From positions 62,001 to 126,000 of the IMG/VR virus record IMGVR_UViG_3300041411_000080: DNA of 64,000 nt; one strand, 5' to 3'. Shown piece by piece: positions 46,465 to 54,892 of the stretch (positions are counted from its first letter, which is position 1; each line of letters opens with the position of its first letter). The position numbers and the translations under genes were made by a program. Under the pieces are notes generated by a model that was not told the origin of the DNA, made no database searches, and saw only the letters and a list, made by a program, of their open reading frames with translations.

Positions 46465-47216
46465 TCCTCAAAGTACGGATCTTCTACATAGACGGGGTGA
46501 ACTGTATCCGGGAGAGTTTTCTTCAGTTGTTCGTTGTCGGTCCACTCTAGCGTAAGGGTGTATTCTTCCGCTTTAGGACGCAGGAGGTGTAATCCTCGAC
46601 GAAAACCGTTCCAACTCAAACGGGGGTCAATCAAGGTGCGACGGAGTTGTTGGACATTTTTGTTGATCTCATTCTGATTCAAGCCAACAACGTTAGCTGG
46701 GTTCTTCGTGTAATCATCAAAAAGCTTTTCATACCAGACAGCGATGTCTGGGTGCTTTGAGCCCTCGGTATTAACAATGTGACGGAACACATGACCCATC
46801 AGCAAAGATGGAGCTTTAGTTCCTTTGAAGAGTTCACAGTCTTTCCAGTTGAATTCATTAGCTGTTGGTTTGGCTTCATCATCGGTCGGGTCAACATTGA
46901 TCCGATAGACGCTTTCGCTTCCATCACGCCAGTGCAACTTGATATCCAAGTATGCTTTGTGCGGGTTGAGGAAATCGATTGCTTTGTTGAAGGCAGACCA
47001 ATTCATGTCATCTGCTTTAAGCGCCTTATTCAGATTACCCTTATCTGGGTTCTCTGCGTTGTGCGGTTTCTCGAAGTACATTGTCAGCAACCGGTTCCAA
47101 GTGAACCAGTTTACTTTGCGCCACAACAATACTTCACGGAACAGATAACACAAAATACCCTGAGCGTGTTTCTTACCCTTCAGGGGATCAGCAAGCAAGT
47201 CTTTTACAGAATCCAT
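46455..47216 (-). CDS. Conserved-type hypothetical protein with internal two-domain repeat
   Basis: Repeat motif [LV]FR-x-[VI]...[MR]-x-[NS]W-x2-F-x2-[AG][IL]-x2-L-x-P...L-x-W occurs twice. Confidence 0.75.
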   Translation of the reverse strand: MDSVKDLLADPLKGKKHAQGILCYLFREVLLWRKVNWFTWNRLLTMYFEKPHNAENPDKGNLNKALKADDMNWSAFNKAIDFLNPHKAYLDIKLHWRDGSESVYRINVDPTDDEAKPTANEFNWKDCELFKGTKAPSLLMGHVFRHIVNTEGSKHPDIAVWYEKLFDDYTKNPANVVGLNQNEINKNVQQLRRTLIDPRLSWNGFRRGLHLLRPKAEEYTLTLEWTDNEQLKKTLPDTVHPVYVEDPYFEECA

Positions 47217-47279
47217 TAGCTCTACACCTACGGTGGTTGTATCGGGGTTTGCTGTTAATTAAACCAAAGATCTGATTGG

Positions 47280-47816
47280 TTATTCCTCCGGCATGTTTTC
47301 GATGATCACTTTGGTTATGTACAGGATATCATTGTACATCCGATTCATAACTCGTGAGTGAAAGGTTGGGTTCAAGTTTTCGATGCCCAATCCGTGCAGG
47401 ATAATGGCATTTTTCAGGTCGAGTACACCCTCTCGGAAAGAGAGTGATCCACCATCTGCACCAGCGAAATAATCGTCCAGAGTCATTTTGCGTACAGCGG
47501 CAAACTGTTCTTTGGAGATATCCATCACTGTTGCATCATCTTCTTGTACCAATGCACCGGTAACAAGATTCATCAAACGACAAAGTTCTCCAAGAGAAGC
47601 ATGTCGTGTTTCAACATCAATGTACATCATGTCACGTGGGGTTGGACCATTCGTGAAATGATCTGGTTTCACACGTTGCCAGAATTCAACTAGCATTCCA
47701 GGAAGATTTACGATACCTACTTGAGGAGCATCGAACTGCTCAAACAGCTTCAGGTAAGTTTTCTTGGGAGTAGTACCAGTCCAGCGAGCCACTAAACGCT
47801 CAATAAATTCAATCAT
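47280..47816 (-). CDS. Hypothetical protein
   Basis: AAGGG RBS; divergent from 47877. Confidence 0.75.
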   Translation of the reverse strand: MIEFIERLVARWTGTTPKKTYLKLFEQFDAPQVGIVNLPGMLVEFWQRVKPDHFTNGPTPRDMMYIDVETRHASLGELCRLMNLVTGALVQEDDATVMDISKEQFAAVRKMTLDDYFAGADGGSLSFREGVLDLKNAIILHGLGIENLNPTFHSRVMNRMYNDILYITKVIIENMPEE

Positions 47817-47876
47817 TGTATAGACCCTTAATCAATTTTTGTCCTAAGACATAGGCTTATTCAGTCAGGTATTTTT

Positions 47877-48416
47877 ATGGAAGACATCAACAACGTATTC
47901 ATTGACCCAGAAGTTCCAGAAGTAGATTACGCTGAACTGGAATTCGATCAGCAGCTTAAACATACGCAACGCATCAAAGGACGATTGCTGCATAAACTGG
48001 TTTACTCTAATCCAGATGGTTCTATCCCGACGGATAAGGACACTGTCGAACTCATGCTCAAGGTGACTGATTCGATGGATAAGGTTGCAATCAACAAGAA
48101 ACGTATTTCTGTTGATGAGAAATCGGGTAACTCGGCACTCAGCATTCTTCAGGGTATTGCCCAGTTGGTTGCAACGAGTGGTAACGAGAACATGTTTACT
48201 GCCGGTGCTAAGGGTAAACCTAACACCAATCAAGACATTGGTGAGCTACCAGACTTTAGTGGTGAGCATGCCAATGGTGAAGCAGAGATCGGCGTGATCT
48301 CTGAGATTTCGGATTCGTTTAACGCTCGTATGATCGAAGTCAATAAACTCGATCAACAACGTCGTGAAGCGGAGATGGGTCTTAGTGGTATTGAACTACC
48401 AACTGAAACTCCGTAA
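47877..48416 (+). CDS. Hypothetical protein
   Basis: AGGT RBS; followed by terminator. Confidence 0.75.
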   Translation: MEDINNVFIDPEVPEVDYAELEFDQQLKHTQRIKGRLLHKLVYSNPDGSIPTDKDTVELMLKVTDSMDKVAINKKRISVDEKSGNSALSILQGIAQLVATSGNENMFTAGAKGKPNTNQDIGELPDFSGEHANGEAEIGVISEISDSFNARMIEVNKLDQQRREAEMGLSGIELPTETP

Positions 48417-48419
48417 CAG

Positions 48420-48455
48420 CATATTAGCCCTCCCATTTAAGGAGGGCTTTATGTC
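48420..48455. terminator. Bidirectional terminator
   Basis: AGCCCTCC-CATTTAA-GGAGGGCT 48426-48448 with CATATT and TTATGTC flanks; convergent. Confidence 0.75.
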
Positions 48456-48726
48456 AGTCTGTCCGGTTACCATGTCCTATGACTTCAAAGTTATCGCCTA
48501 TCTCGACTCTAACTATTGAGGGGACTTCCATTGCTATTTGAATCTTTTCTTCGATGTTATCTAAAACTGTTTGATTACGTCTTGCTGACTCGTCTGCATC
48601 ATTAGAAGCTTTCAACATCATACCTACGGCAATGACAGATGTTGCTGTAGCTATTACTACTGGAATGTTCTCTGATAGCGTATTCTTAATTCTGTTGTAC
48701 CATGAAGGTACTCTTTGTGCTGTCAT
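48454..48726 (-). CDS. Small membrane protein, paralog of C-terminal module of 42478..43269
   Basis: SWYNRIKN..ENIPVVIATAT...VEIGDNFEVIGHG vs SWYKRFKD..ENAPTILAVTT...VELGDDIEVVATG. Confidence 0.75.
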   Translation of the reverse strand: MTAQRVPSWYNRIKNTLSENIPVVIATATSVIAVGMMLKASNDADESARRNQTVLDNIEEKIQIAMEVPSIVRVEIGDNFEVIGHGNRTD

Positions 48727-48820
48727 GTTAGTGGACCTTATGCTAGTCTATTACTAAAGGGATAAGGAATAAAGAGTTTGATCCGAATTCCCCCTACCTA
48801 TAGCAATGACTACCCGAGTA

Positions 48821-49285
48821 TTATTTCTTCCCTTTAGTAGGGTTACTACTATCACTCATGAAACGTTTGTAAAGTACAGATGCAGTAACAGCTATAGCTA
48901 AACCGATTACGATGAGTTGTGAAGCGTCTTCAACCCCAGCATTAGGGTTAGGTGGTTTTATGTTGTTATCAGGCTCTTGTGGTGTCACAGGTACCTCATA
49001 GTTGATCTTGTATGGAATACCGAGTAGTCGATTGTGATCTACTTCCCGGATAGTGAATTCAGTTACAGTATCTACAGTTAATTGACGATAGACGAACCCT
49101 GTTGCGATTGACGCATAAATGAATCGATAGCTTGCGCCACCATCTACAGACACAGCCTTCACACGCATACCGCGGTAATACGTATCTACGCTGTACACCT
49201 TAGCTCTAAGCAATGGATCATGAAACATATCCATCGGATGCTTACAACCAAGTTTTCTCATAGTCCCAAACAACGATTGATCCAT
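48821..49285 (-). CDS. Hypothetical protein with C-terminal TM anchor
   Basis: LIVIGLAIAVTASVLY followed by KR. Confidence 0.7.
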   Translation of the reverse strand: MDQSLFGTMRKLGCKHPMDMFHDPLLRAKVYSVDTYYRGMRVKAVSVDGGASYRFIYASIATGFVYRQLTVDTVTEFTIREVDHNRLLGIPYKINYEVPVTPQEPDNNIKPPNPNAGVEDASQLIVIGLAIAVTASVLYKRFMSDSSNPTKGKK

Positions 49286-49314
49286 AAGGACTTCTCTATT
49301 ACTATTGCCCGAGT

Positions 49315-49344
49315 ATGATATAAATCTGAAATAAAATCTATTGC
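49315..49344 (-). promoter_or_regulatory. Repeated promoter-like motif GCAATAG-N10-AGATTTATATCAT (copy 3)
   Basis: Both blocks and 10-nt spacing conserved. Confidence 0.6.
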
Positions 49345-49347
49345 CGT

Positions 49348-49379
49348 CATAAAGCCTCCCCGAAGGGAGGCAGTATGTC
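49348..49379 (-). terminator. Intrinsic terminator, cUUCGg loop
   Basis: Identical over 32 nt to 18461-18492. Confidence 0.8.
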
Positions 49380-49424
49380 TGTGAGGCTCTGTAACGCGAT
49401 TACAGCGATTAGATCATGTGCAGC

Positions 49425-49991
49425 TCAGTCGTCGGTAGGGAGAACACGAATCGACTCTATACGGTCATTACGTTCATCCACCTTCTTCTGTAGGATTCGA
49501 GCAACTTCGAGCCGATCTTTATAGTCATGGAGGTCGTTAGTTTTCGTGTGGTCACCACGAGTGGAGTTTTCTTTTTCAGGCAACCATGAATGGACAAACG
49601 TATGAAGCGCATGGAGACAGAAGCTCTTCTCTTCAAGAATCAGTTTGTAGAGCTTACGTTCGTTCTTGACACGACTAAAGAAAGCTTTCCGATCGAGGCA
49701 CCGTTGAGCACGTTTAAGGTCCCGGATGGTCAGATAAGATTTCTTAAAGTCTGGGCGTTCATCCATGTCACTACCATTAGCCATGAGTCTTGGACGTGGT
49801 GAACCGGAATATGCTCCACCTGGATCAATGAATCGACAGAAGATGTATGCATTCCCTAGTGGGGTCAGTATCTTAAAGCGTGAATACAATTCCCCGAACC
49901 GTTTAAGCAAAAGGGATTTGTTTTGATCAGAACCTTTAAAACTATGGACCCCCAAAGGGTCCACTAATTTACTGATGGGAGCGATAATCAT
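49425..49991 (-). CDS. Basic hypothetical protein
   Basis: AGGTG RBS overlapping sbcC stop. Confidence 0.65.
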   Translation of the reverse strand: MIIAPISKLVDPLGVHSFKGSDQNKSLLLKRFGELYSRFKILTPLGNAYIFCRFIDPGGAYSGSPRPRLMANGSDMDERPDFKKSYLTIRDLKRAQRCLDRKAFFSRVKNERKLYKLILEEKSFCLHALHTFVHSWLPEKENSTRGDHTKTNDLHDYKDRLEVARILQKKVDERNDRIESIRVLPTDD

Positions 49992-49998
49992 GTTTCAC

Positions 49999-52488
49999 CT
50001 ATTTCAGTTGGACGTTCTTGTTATACTGCTCTGGGACGGTAATGTTGGTTGGATCTAATACCATGTACTCGGCCTGATTGAATGCACCATGTGTACTAAC
50101 GAAGTGGGAGATGTAAAAGATCTGTGCAAACTGACCATTCTCAATCAAACGACTAATGAACGGGATCAGGTTATCACGATGCTGCTCATCGAAGGTACGA
50201 CCGAATTCATCGATGAACAACGGGTATTGTTCTAGATGCAGGAACTTACGCATAGCTTGGCAGAAGCTGAAGTTGACCATCTCCAACTGAGAGTCAGAAC
50301 CCTTAGAGATGTCTGGAGCGACTACGGCACCATTCGAGATGTTGAGCGGGAAATTATAATCGAGTTCATCCTTCTCAACCTTAGACGGCAATACTTCCAT
50401 CTTGTAGGTCCAGACTTCATCGATGTACGCGTTCACCAGTGTCACTACGCCCTGCATGAACCCCATCAGGTATTTACCCAGCAGACCACCATTCGGAGAC
50501 AGAGCTTTAATCAGCAAGGTTAGATCTGCTTGGACTTCTCGGGAGTTCTCAACTTCGTTTTCAAGTACCCGCAAGCTATGTTCACGCTGCTCCAAAGTAT
50601 TAAGCCGACGGGTACCTTCCGCCAATCGAATTTGGATTTCTTTGATTTCATTTTCAAATGCCTTATCCAGCAACCATTCACAATGCTGCATAGCACGTGC
50701 GCGCCATTGCTGGTAATCGTTCAGGATGGTTTCAATTTCACGGTTCTGTTTACGGATACTAACTTCACCTGCTTGGATCTGTTGCAGGTACTGAGCCATG
50801 GTAGTATGCGATTCGTACTTGGTAGCGATATCGTGTTCCAACATCGAAATACGATTACGGTTGTATGCTACTGCATCACGGTCGATCTCATCCAGTGTAG
50901 CCTTACGACGAGCCAGACGTTCTGCCTGAGCTTGGTCCTTATGTAGGGAAATGATCAAGGACATCTGGGTTTGCCATTTCGTCAGATCCATCTTAATAGC
51001 AGACGGAGTACGGAACATCAGCTGATGCTCGGCAATGTAATCCCACAGAGGAGCGAAGTCGTTATACTCACGAGTCAGCTGAACGAAGTTGTGTACGTGA
51101 CCACGATAGTCTTTAGCTGCTTCCAGATACTCCTCTTCTTTCAAGATATCTAGATCAACGGCTTCCAACTTAATACGGATCTGTGACAGGTATTCTTCAA
51201 GCTTCTCACCTTCAGTAGCATCTACACCCGGTTTGAAGTCATGTTCGCACTTAGGACATACTACCGTGTCACAAGCTTTAAAGCGGGACAGCCTTTGAGA
51301 AGCAGTTTGATCCGCTTGATCAAGTTGACGACGCAGTGCCAGCAGATTCTGTAGCGATTGACGTGTTTGTTCGATAACGTGATTGGAGAAGTAACCTGTG
51401 GTGTTATCTGGGAAACCGTTTACGATTTCATACAGACGACTGAACATGCTGGTCAAACGACCTTCAGGGTTATTGGAGATATCCAAGTTAACCAAAGGGA
51501 ACACTACTGGATTATCATTCAGTTCCTGTAACTTAGATGCAATAGATGCATTCAGCGTTACAACTTCGTTCTCTAGGTCTTTCAGCTGCTCTGGTGATAC
51601 TTCCATATCAGCCGTGTTAATGCCCCGCAACGATTCAAGTTCTTCTGCCATCTGATTGATAGCGCCTTGGATAGCTGCACACTGAGCTGAGATCAGTTGT
51701 TTCTCTTCGAGGAATCCTTCTTCGTTCCGGGCTTTGACTCTTTCAGGTATTGTCGGGTAAGAGTGCAGAATAGCTTTAGCTCTGCCCAAAAGGTTATCGA
51801 GGTATTGAATAGCTTCGGCTTCATTATTGAATCCTTGACGTGCATTAGGTTGACGTGCCATGAACAAACCGTTAAGGCGTTCAGACAACTCACCGTTCTC
51901 TTCCTTTAACAGACTGAGTTCAGCATCAGTTGGTAGATCGTGATTCTCATTACTGAGGCGCTTAGTGATCGTATCGACTGTACCTTTCTGTGAACGATGT
52001 TCTTGCTTGAGCAGGTTGAAGATATGGAATGCATGACTCAGGTCCACTACGGACATCTTAGTCAGGATCTCACGACGCTTAGCCGTAGACATCTCAGTGA
52101 ACTTGATACGACCTGTAAGGATATCATGGAACTCACGAGTCAAACCGAACTCTTGGAAACACAGATCTTCTTGGATCTTAAAAGTACCGCCTGAGTTAAG
52201 TTCTTCGTCCCCACGCATGAACGAGTGTTTACCCGTACCATGACCATACTCAGACTTTAGGACATAAAGGCTACCATTGTGGTAGCAGTGAAATTCTTTC
52301 TCACCAGCGGGACCGAAGTTCTTATGTGGTGAAGGGAGTGGTGACAACTCATCCATAATGGACGACTTACCTGAACCATTAGAACCGATCATGATCATCA
52401 GCTGCTTGGTCGGAGTCCACTCGAACTCTTGAATGTTAGATCGCATCAAACGTTTATAACGCTTAAGACGGATGAGCTTAATGTGCAT
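49999..52488 (-). CDS. sbcC: SbcC/Rad50-like SMC ATPase, phiKZ gp165-like
   Basis: Walker A GSNGSGKS, coiled coil with CPKC hook, signature-like SKGSDSQ, Walker B LFIDEFG. Confidence 0.9.
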   Translation of the reverse strand: MHIKLIRLKRYKRLMRSNIQEFEWTPTKQLMIMIGSNGSGKSSIMDELSPLPSPHKNFGPAGEKEFHCYHNGSLYVLKSEYGHGTGKHSFMRGDEELNSGGTFKIQEDLCFQEFGLTREFHDILTGRIKFTEMSTAKRREILTKMSVVDLSHAFHIFNLLKQEHRSQKGTVDTITKRLSNENHDLPTDAELSLLKEENGELSERLNGLFMARQPNARQGFNNEAEAIQYLDNLLGRAKAILHSYPTIPERVKARNEEGFLEEKQLISAQCAAIQGAINQMAEELESLRGINTADMEVSPEQLKDLENEVVTLNASIASKLQELNDNPVVFPLVNLDISNNPEGRLTSMFSRLYEIVNGFPDNTTGYFSNHVIEQTRQSLQNLLALRRQLDQADQTASQRLSRFKACDTVVCPKCEHDFKPGVDATEGEKLEEYLSQIRIKLEAVDLDILKEEEYLEAAKDYRGHVHNFVQLTREYNDFAPLWDYIAEHQLMFRTPSAIKMDLTKWQTQMSLIISLHKDQAQAERLARRKATLDEIDRDAVAYNRNRISMLEHDIATKYESHTTMAQYLQQIQAGEVSIRKQNREIETILNDYQQWRARAMQHCEWLLDKAFENEIKEIQIRLAEGTRRLNTLEQREHSLRVLENEVENSREVQADLTLLIKALSPNGGLLGKYLMGFMQGVVTLVNAYIDEVWTYKMEVLPSKVEKDELDYNFPLNISNGAVVAPDISKGSDSQLEMVNFSFCQAMRKFLHLEQYPLFIDEFGRTFDEQHRDNLIPFISRLIENGQFAQIFYISHFVSTHGAFNQAEYMVLDPTNITVPEQYNKNVQLK

Positions 52489-52547
52489 TGCGCCATTCCT
52501 TAATTAATCCTATAGATACAGACATTCAAGTAAATTAATGGTGGACT

Positions 52548-53372
52548 ATGAAAAGTAAAGAAATGGTATCCTCTCTGACGTTTTTCAGTGTGGGTTACGT
52601 GACCATAAACAAGCCACGTAATAGCCGAATGATTCAAGCACTCCCAGTAGAATCTGCATCAGGTACCGATGGGGAAGTAACGCATAACCCGGTAGAGCAG
52701 ATCCTTAAAGGTGTCGATAAAGAGGGTAATGCTTACGAGGTTAAAGGCACTGCAACTCGTGACCTAGAATGCGATTGGTTACCTCACGAAGATAACCGCG
52801 TTACTCCACCCGATGTACGTAGGGGTGAGCTGGTGGCTATCTATCGCTTAGCTAACACGAGTCAGTACTTCTGGCGTTGCATGGGCTTTCGAAACGGTCT
52901 ACGTACGCTAGAGCACGTTGTACTGGCATTTGGTGGTAGTCCTAAGCCCGGTGGCTCAGGTGTTGACTTTACCAACTGCTACACCATGACGTTCTCACCA
53001 ATGGACGGCCACATTACAATCCAAACAACCAAGGCTAACAAAGAACCCTACGCGTATACGTTCCAGATCAATACCAAAGACGGTTTGATCGGTATGCAGG
53101 ACGATGTAGGTAACTTCTTTGAACTGAACTCTAAAGAGACTAGGCTGAAGCTACAAAACGCTGATTCCAGTTTCCTACAAATCGAGAAGCAGAAGATCGA
53201 TTTGAATGCAGCTCAGTCGATTAAGTTCACAGTGGGTGGTACAGTCATGGAATTAACTCCTAGCACTATTACCACTAAGACTCAACAGACTTCGATGGAA
53301 TCTAATTCGTTCGCTATCAAGACTGCAACAGGTACAGTGAATGCAGGTCGATGGGATTTCATTATTGGGTGA
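52548..53372 (+). CDS. Baseplate central spike (gpV/VgrG-like), phiKZ gp164-like
   Basis: N-terminal OB-fold-like region (W-x-P...PDVRRGE-x-V), C-terminal beta-helix-like repeats; adjacent PAAR. Confidence 0.75.
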   Translation: MKSKEMVSSLTFFSVGYVTINKPRNSRMIQALPVESASGTDGEVTHNPVEQILKGVDKEGNAYEVKGTATRDLECDWLPHEDNRVTPPDVRRGELVAIYRLANTSQYFWRCMGFRNGLRTLEHVVLAFGGSPKPGGSGVDFTNCYTMTFSPMDGHITIQTTKANKEPYAYTFQINTKDGLIGMQDDVGNFFELNSKETRLKLQNADSSFLQIEKQKIDLNAAQSIKFTVGGTVMELTPSTITTKTQQTSMESNSFAIKTATGTVNAGRWDFIIG

Positions 53373-53375
53373 TCT

Positions 53376-53642
53376 ATGCCAGGCATCGCAGTATGTAATA
53401 TGGACTCAGCCGGTGGGATGATCAGAACAGGTCCTAACGTCGGTGTGACTTATAATGGGCAACCTCTAGCAGTAGTGGGTTGTCCTGTTGAGGATCACGG
53501 TAGTGGTCAACATAGATCCGCTACTATGATTCAAGGTTCAGTTGGATTGGCCATCAATGGTCTACCAGTTTGTTATGCTGGTTCACGAGCCAGTTGTAAT
53601 GACGTAGCTACAGGTCGCCCCAATCTGACGGTTAGTGCATGA
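53376..53642 (+). CDS. PAAR-like spike tip protein
   Basis: [10 protein letters not shown]...DHG..H...GS....INGLPVC..G..ASC pattern. Confidence 0.85.
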   Translation: MPGIAVCNMDSAGGMIRTGPNVGVTYNGQPLAVVGCPVEDHGSGQHRSATMIQGSVGLAINGLPVCYAGSRASCNDVATGRPNLTVSA

Positions 53643-53645
53643 CAA

Positions 53646-53680
53646 CATAAAGCCCCTGCTAATCGCAGGGGTCTTATGAT
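53646..53680. terminator. Bidirectional terminator, CCCCTGC/GCAGGGG family
   Basis: CATAAAG-CCCCTGC-TAATC-GCAGGGG-TCTTATG at convergent junction. Confidence 0.8.
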
Positions 53681-53681
53681 G

Positions 53682-54878
53682 TTACACACCAGTTGTTTCG
53701 TAGTGATCGATACAGTGGTTGATGAAGGTAAGCCAAACACTCAGAGTAATAGCCAGCCAGTGAGTGAAGTTATCCAATGGCTCAGCGAGCTTCTTGGAGA
53801 TCTCCCCTGTGATCTGGAGTACAAGGTTAGAGGCTGGAACGGTTTCACCCGAATCAGTCTTTTCCATGATCTGACGAATGGAATCATCTACTACTGTTTT
53901 AACCGTATCGAAATCCCGACGACCAGCTTCAGCTTTCTCAGCCAGAGTCAGTACACGAGAGATCTCTTCTGTCAACAGAGTCAAGTCCCGAACAGAGGGA
54001 ACATCGATTTCGCGTTCAGAGCGGTCAGCTACGTTCAACTGAAGTTCAGTGAAGTGCATGATAAAGCTAGAACTTACGATATCTGCCGGATCAGTCTTAC
54101 CACGACGCAAAGCTTCAGTCATGCCTTCTGGAGACATATAAACGAAGGCTCTGTTACCAGCCAGTACATCACTACGACGATGGTTCTTCTTATCGAGTCC
54201 ACTCATCTCTCCCGATTTAACTTCAGTAGCACCCGGTGGAGCACGGAAGTTAGTTTGGAATACATCAATGAATGTTTCGATTACATCGTGTGCAGTTTGC
54301 TGACGTTCTTGACCTTCAGCGTTTTCGAGAATGTTAAGGAACTTACGACTGCAATTACGAGCGATCTGCGTTACGCTCTTTGGATAGATGTTCAGGCAAT
54401 AGTTGGTGAGTTGCTTGATGTCCTCAATGGCACTTTGCTCCACACCTACGAACTTACCGTCTACCGACAAGCGTTGTACACCTGCTACCGCCATCGTAGA
54501 TTGAAGTGAGGTCTTAGACCCCAGCTTACCCAAACGACGAATAGTGGACTCTTGGCTACGACGTACCCGACGGATACTACCCGTAAACTTAATGTACATC
54601 GCGTTAAGGAATTGCCAGATCTGTTTAATGATCTTCCATGCTGCACTTGCCCCAGCAGAGATGGCTTCCTTAATTGCACGCAATGTAATGGCACCACCCT
54701 CTTTGATATCGAACTCAGGGTCGATGTTCTCAAGAGCAGTACTCATTACAAATGCGATGTCGTCACTCGCTCTTTCCTGTCCAGCTAGGAGTTGTTCATA
54801 GCGTTCCAAGGATTGAGTGAGTCGTACCACCTTGTCCCAATTCTCAAGCAAAGGCTTCAATTCAGATGTTGGGTTCAT
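53682..54878 (-). CDS. Inner-body/head protein, phiKZ gp163-like paralog family
   Basis: STALE cleavage-like site; V-x-G-x-x-RL-x-x-x-x-x-FVG and L-x-GN-x-A motifs shared with neighbour. Confidence 0.7.
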   Translation of the reverse strand: MNPTSELKPLLENWDKVVRLTQSLERYEQLLAGQERASDDIAFVMSTALENIDPEFDIKEGGAITLRAIKEAISAGASAAWKIIKQIWQFLNAMYIKFTGSIRRVRRSQESTIRRLGKLGSKTSLQSTMAVAGVQRLSVDGKFVGVEQSAIEDIKQLTNYCLNIYPKSVTQIARNCSRKFLNILENAEGQERQQTAHDVIETFIDVFQTNFRAPPGATEVKSGEMSGLDKKNHRRSDVLAGNRAFVYMSPEGMTEALRRGKTDPADIVSSSFIMHFTELQLNVADRSEREIDVPSVRDLTLLTEEISRVLTLAEKAEAGRRDFDTVKTVVDDSIRQIMEKTDSGETVPASNLVLQITGEISKKLAEPLDNFTHWLAITLSVWLTFINHCIDHYETTGV

Positions 54879-54892
54879 GTGGTACTTCCTTA

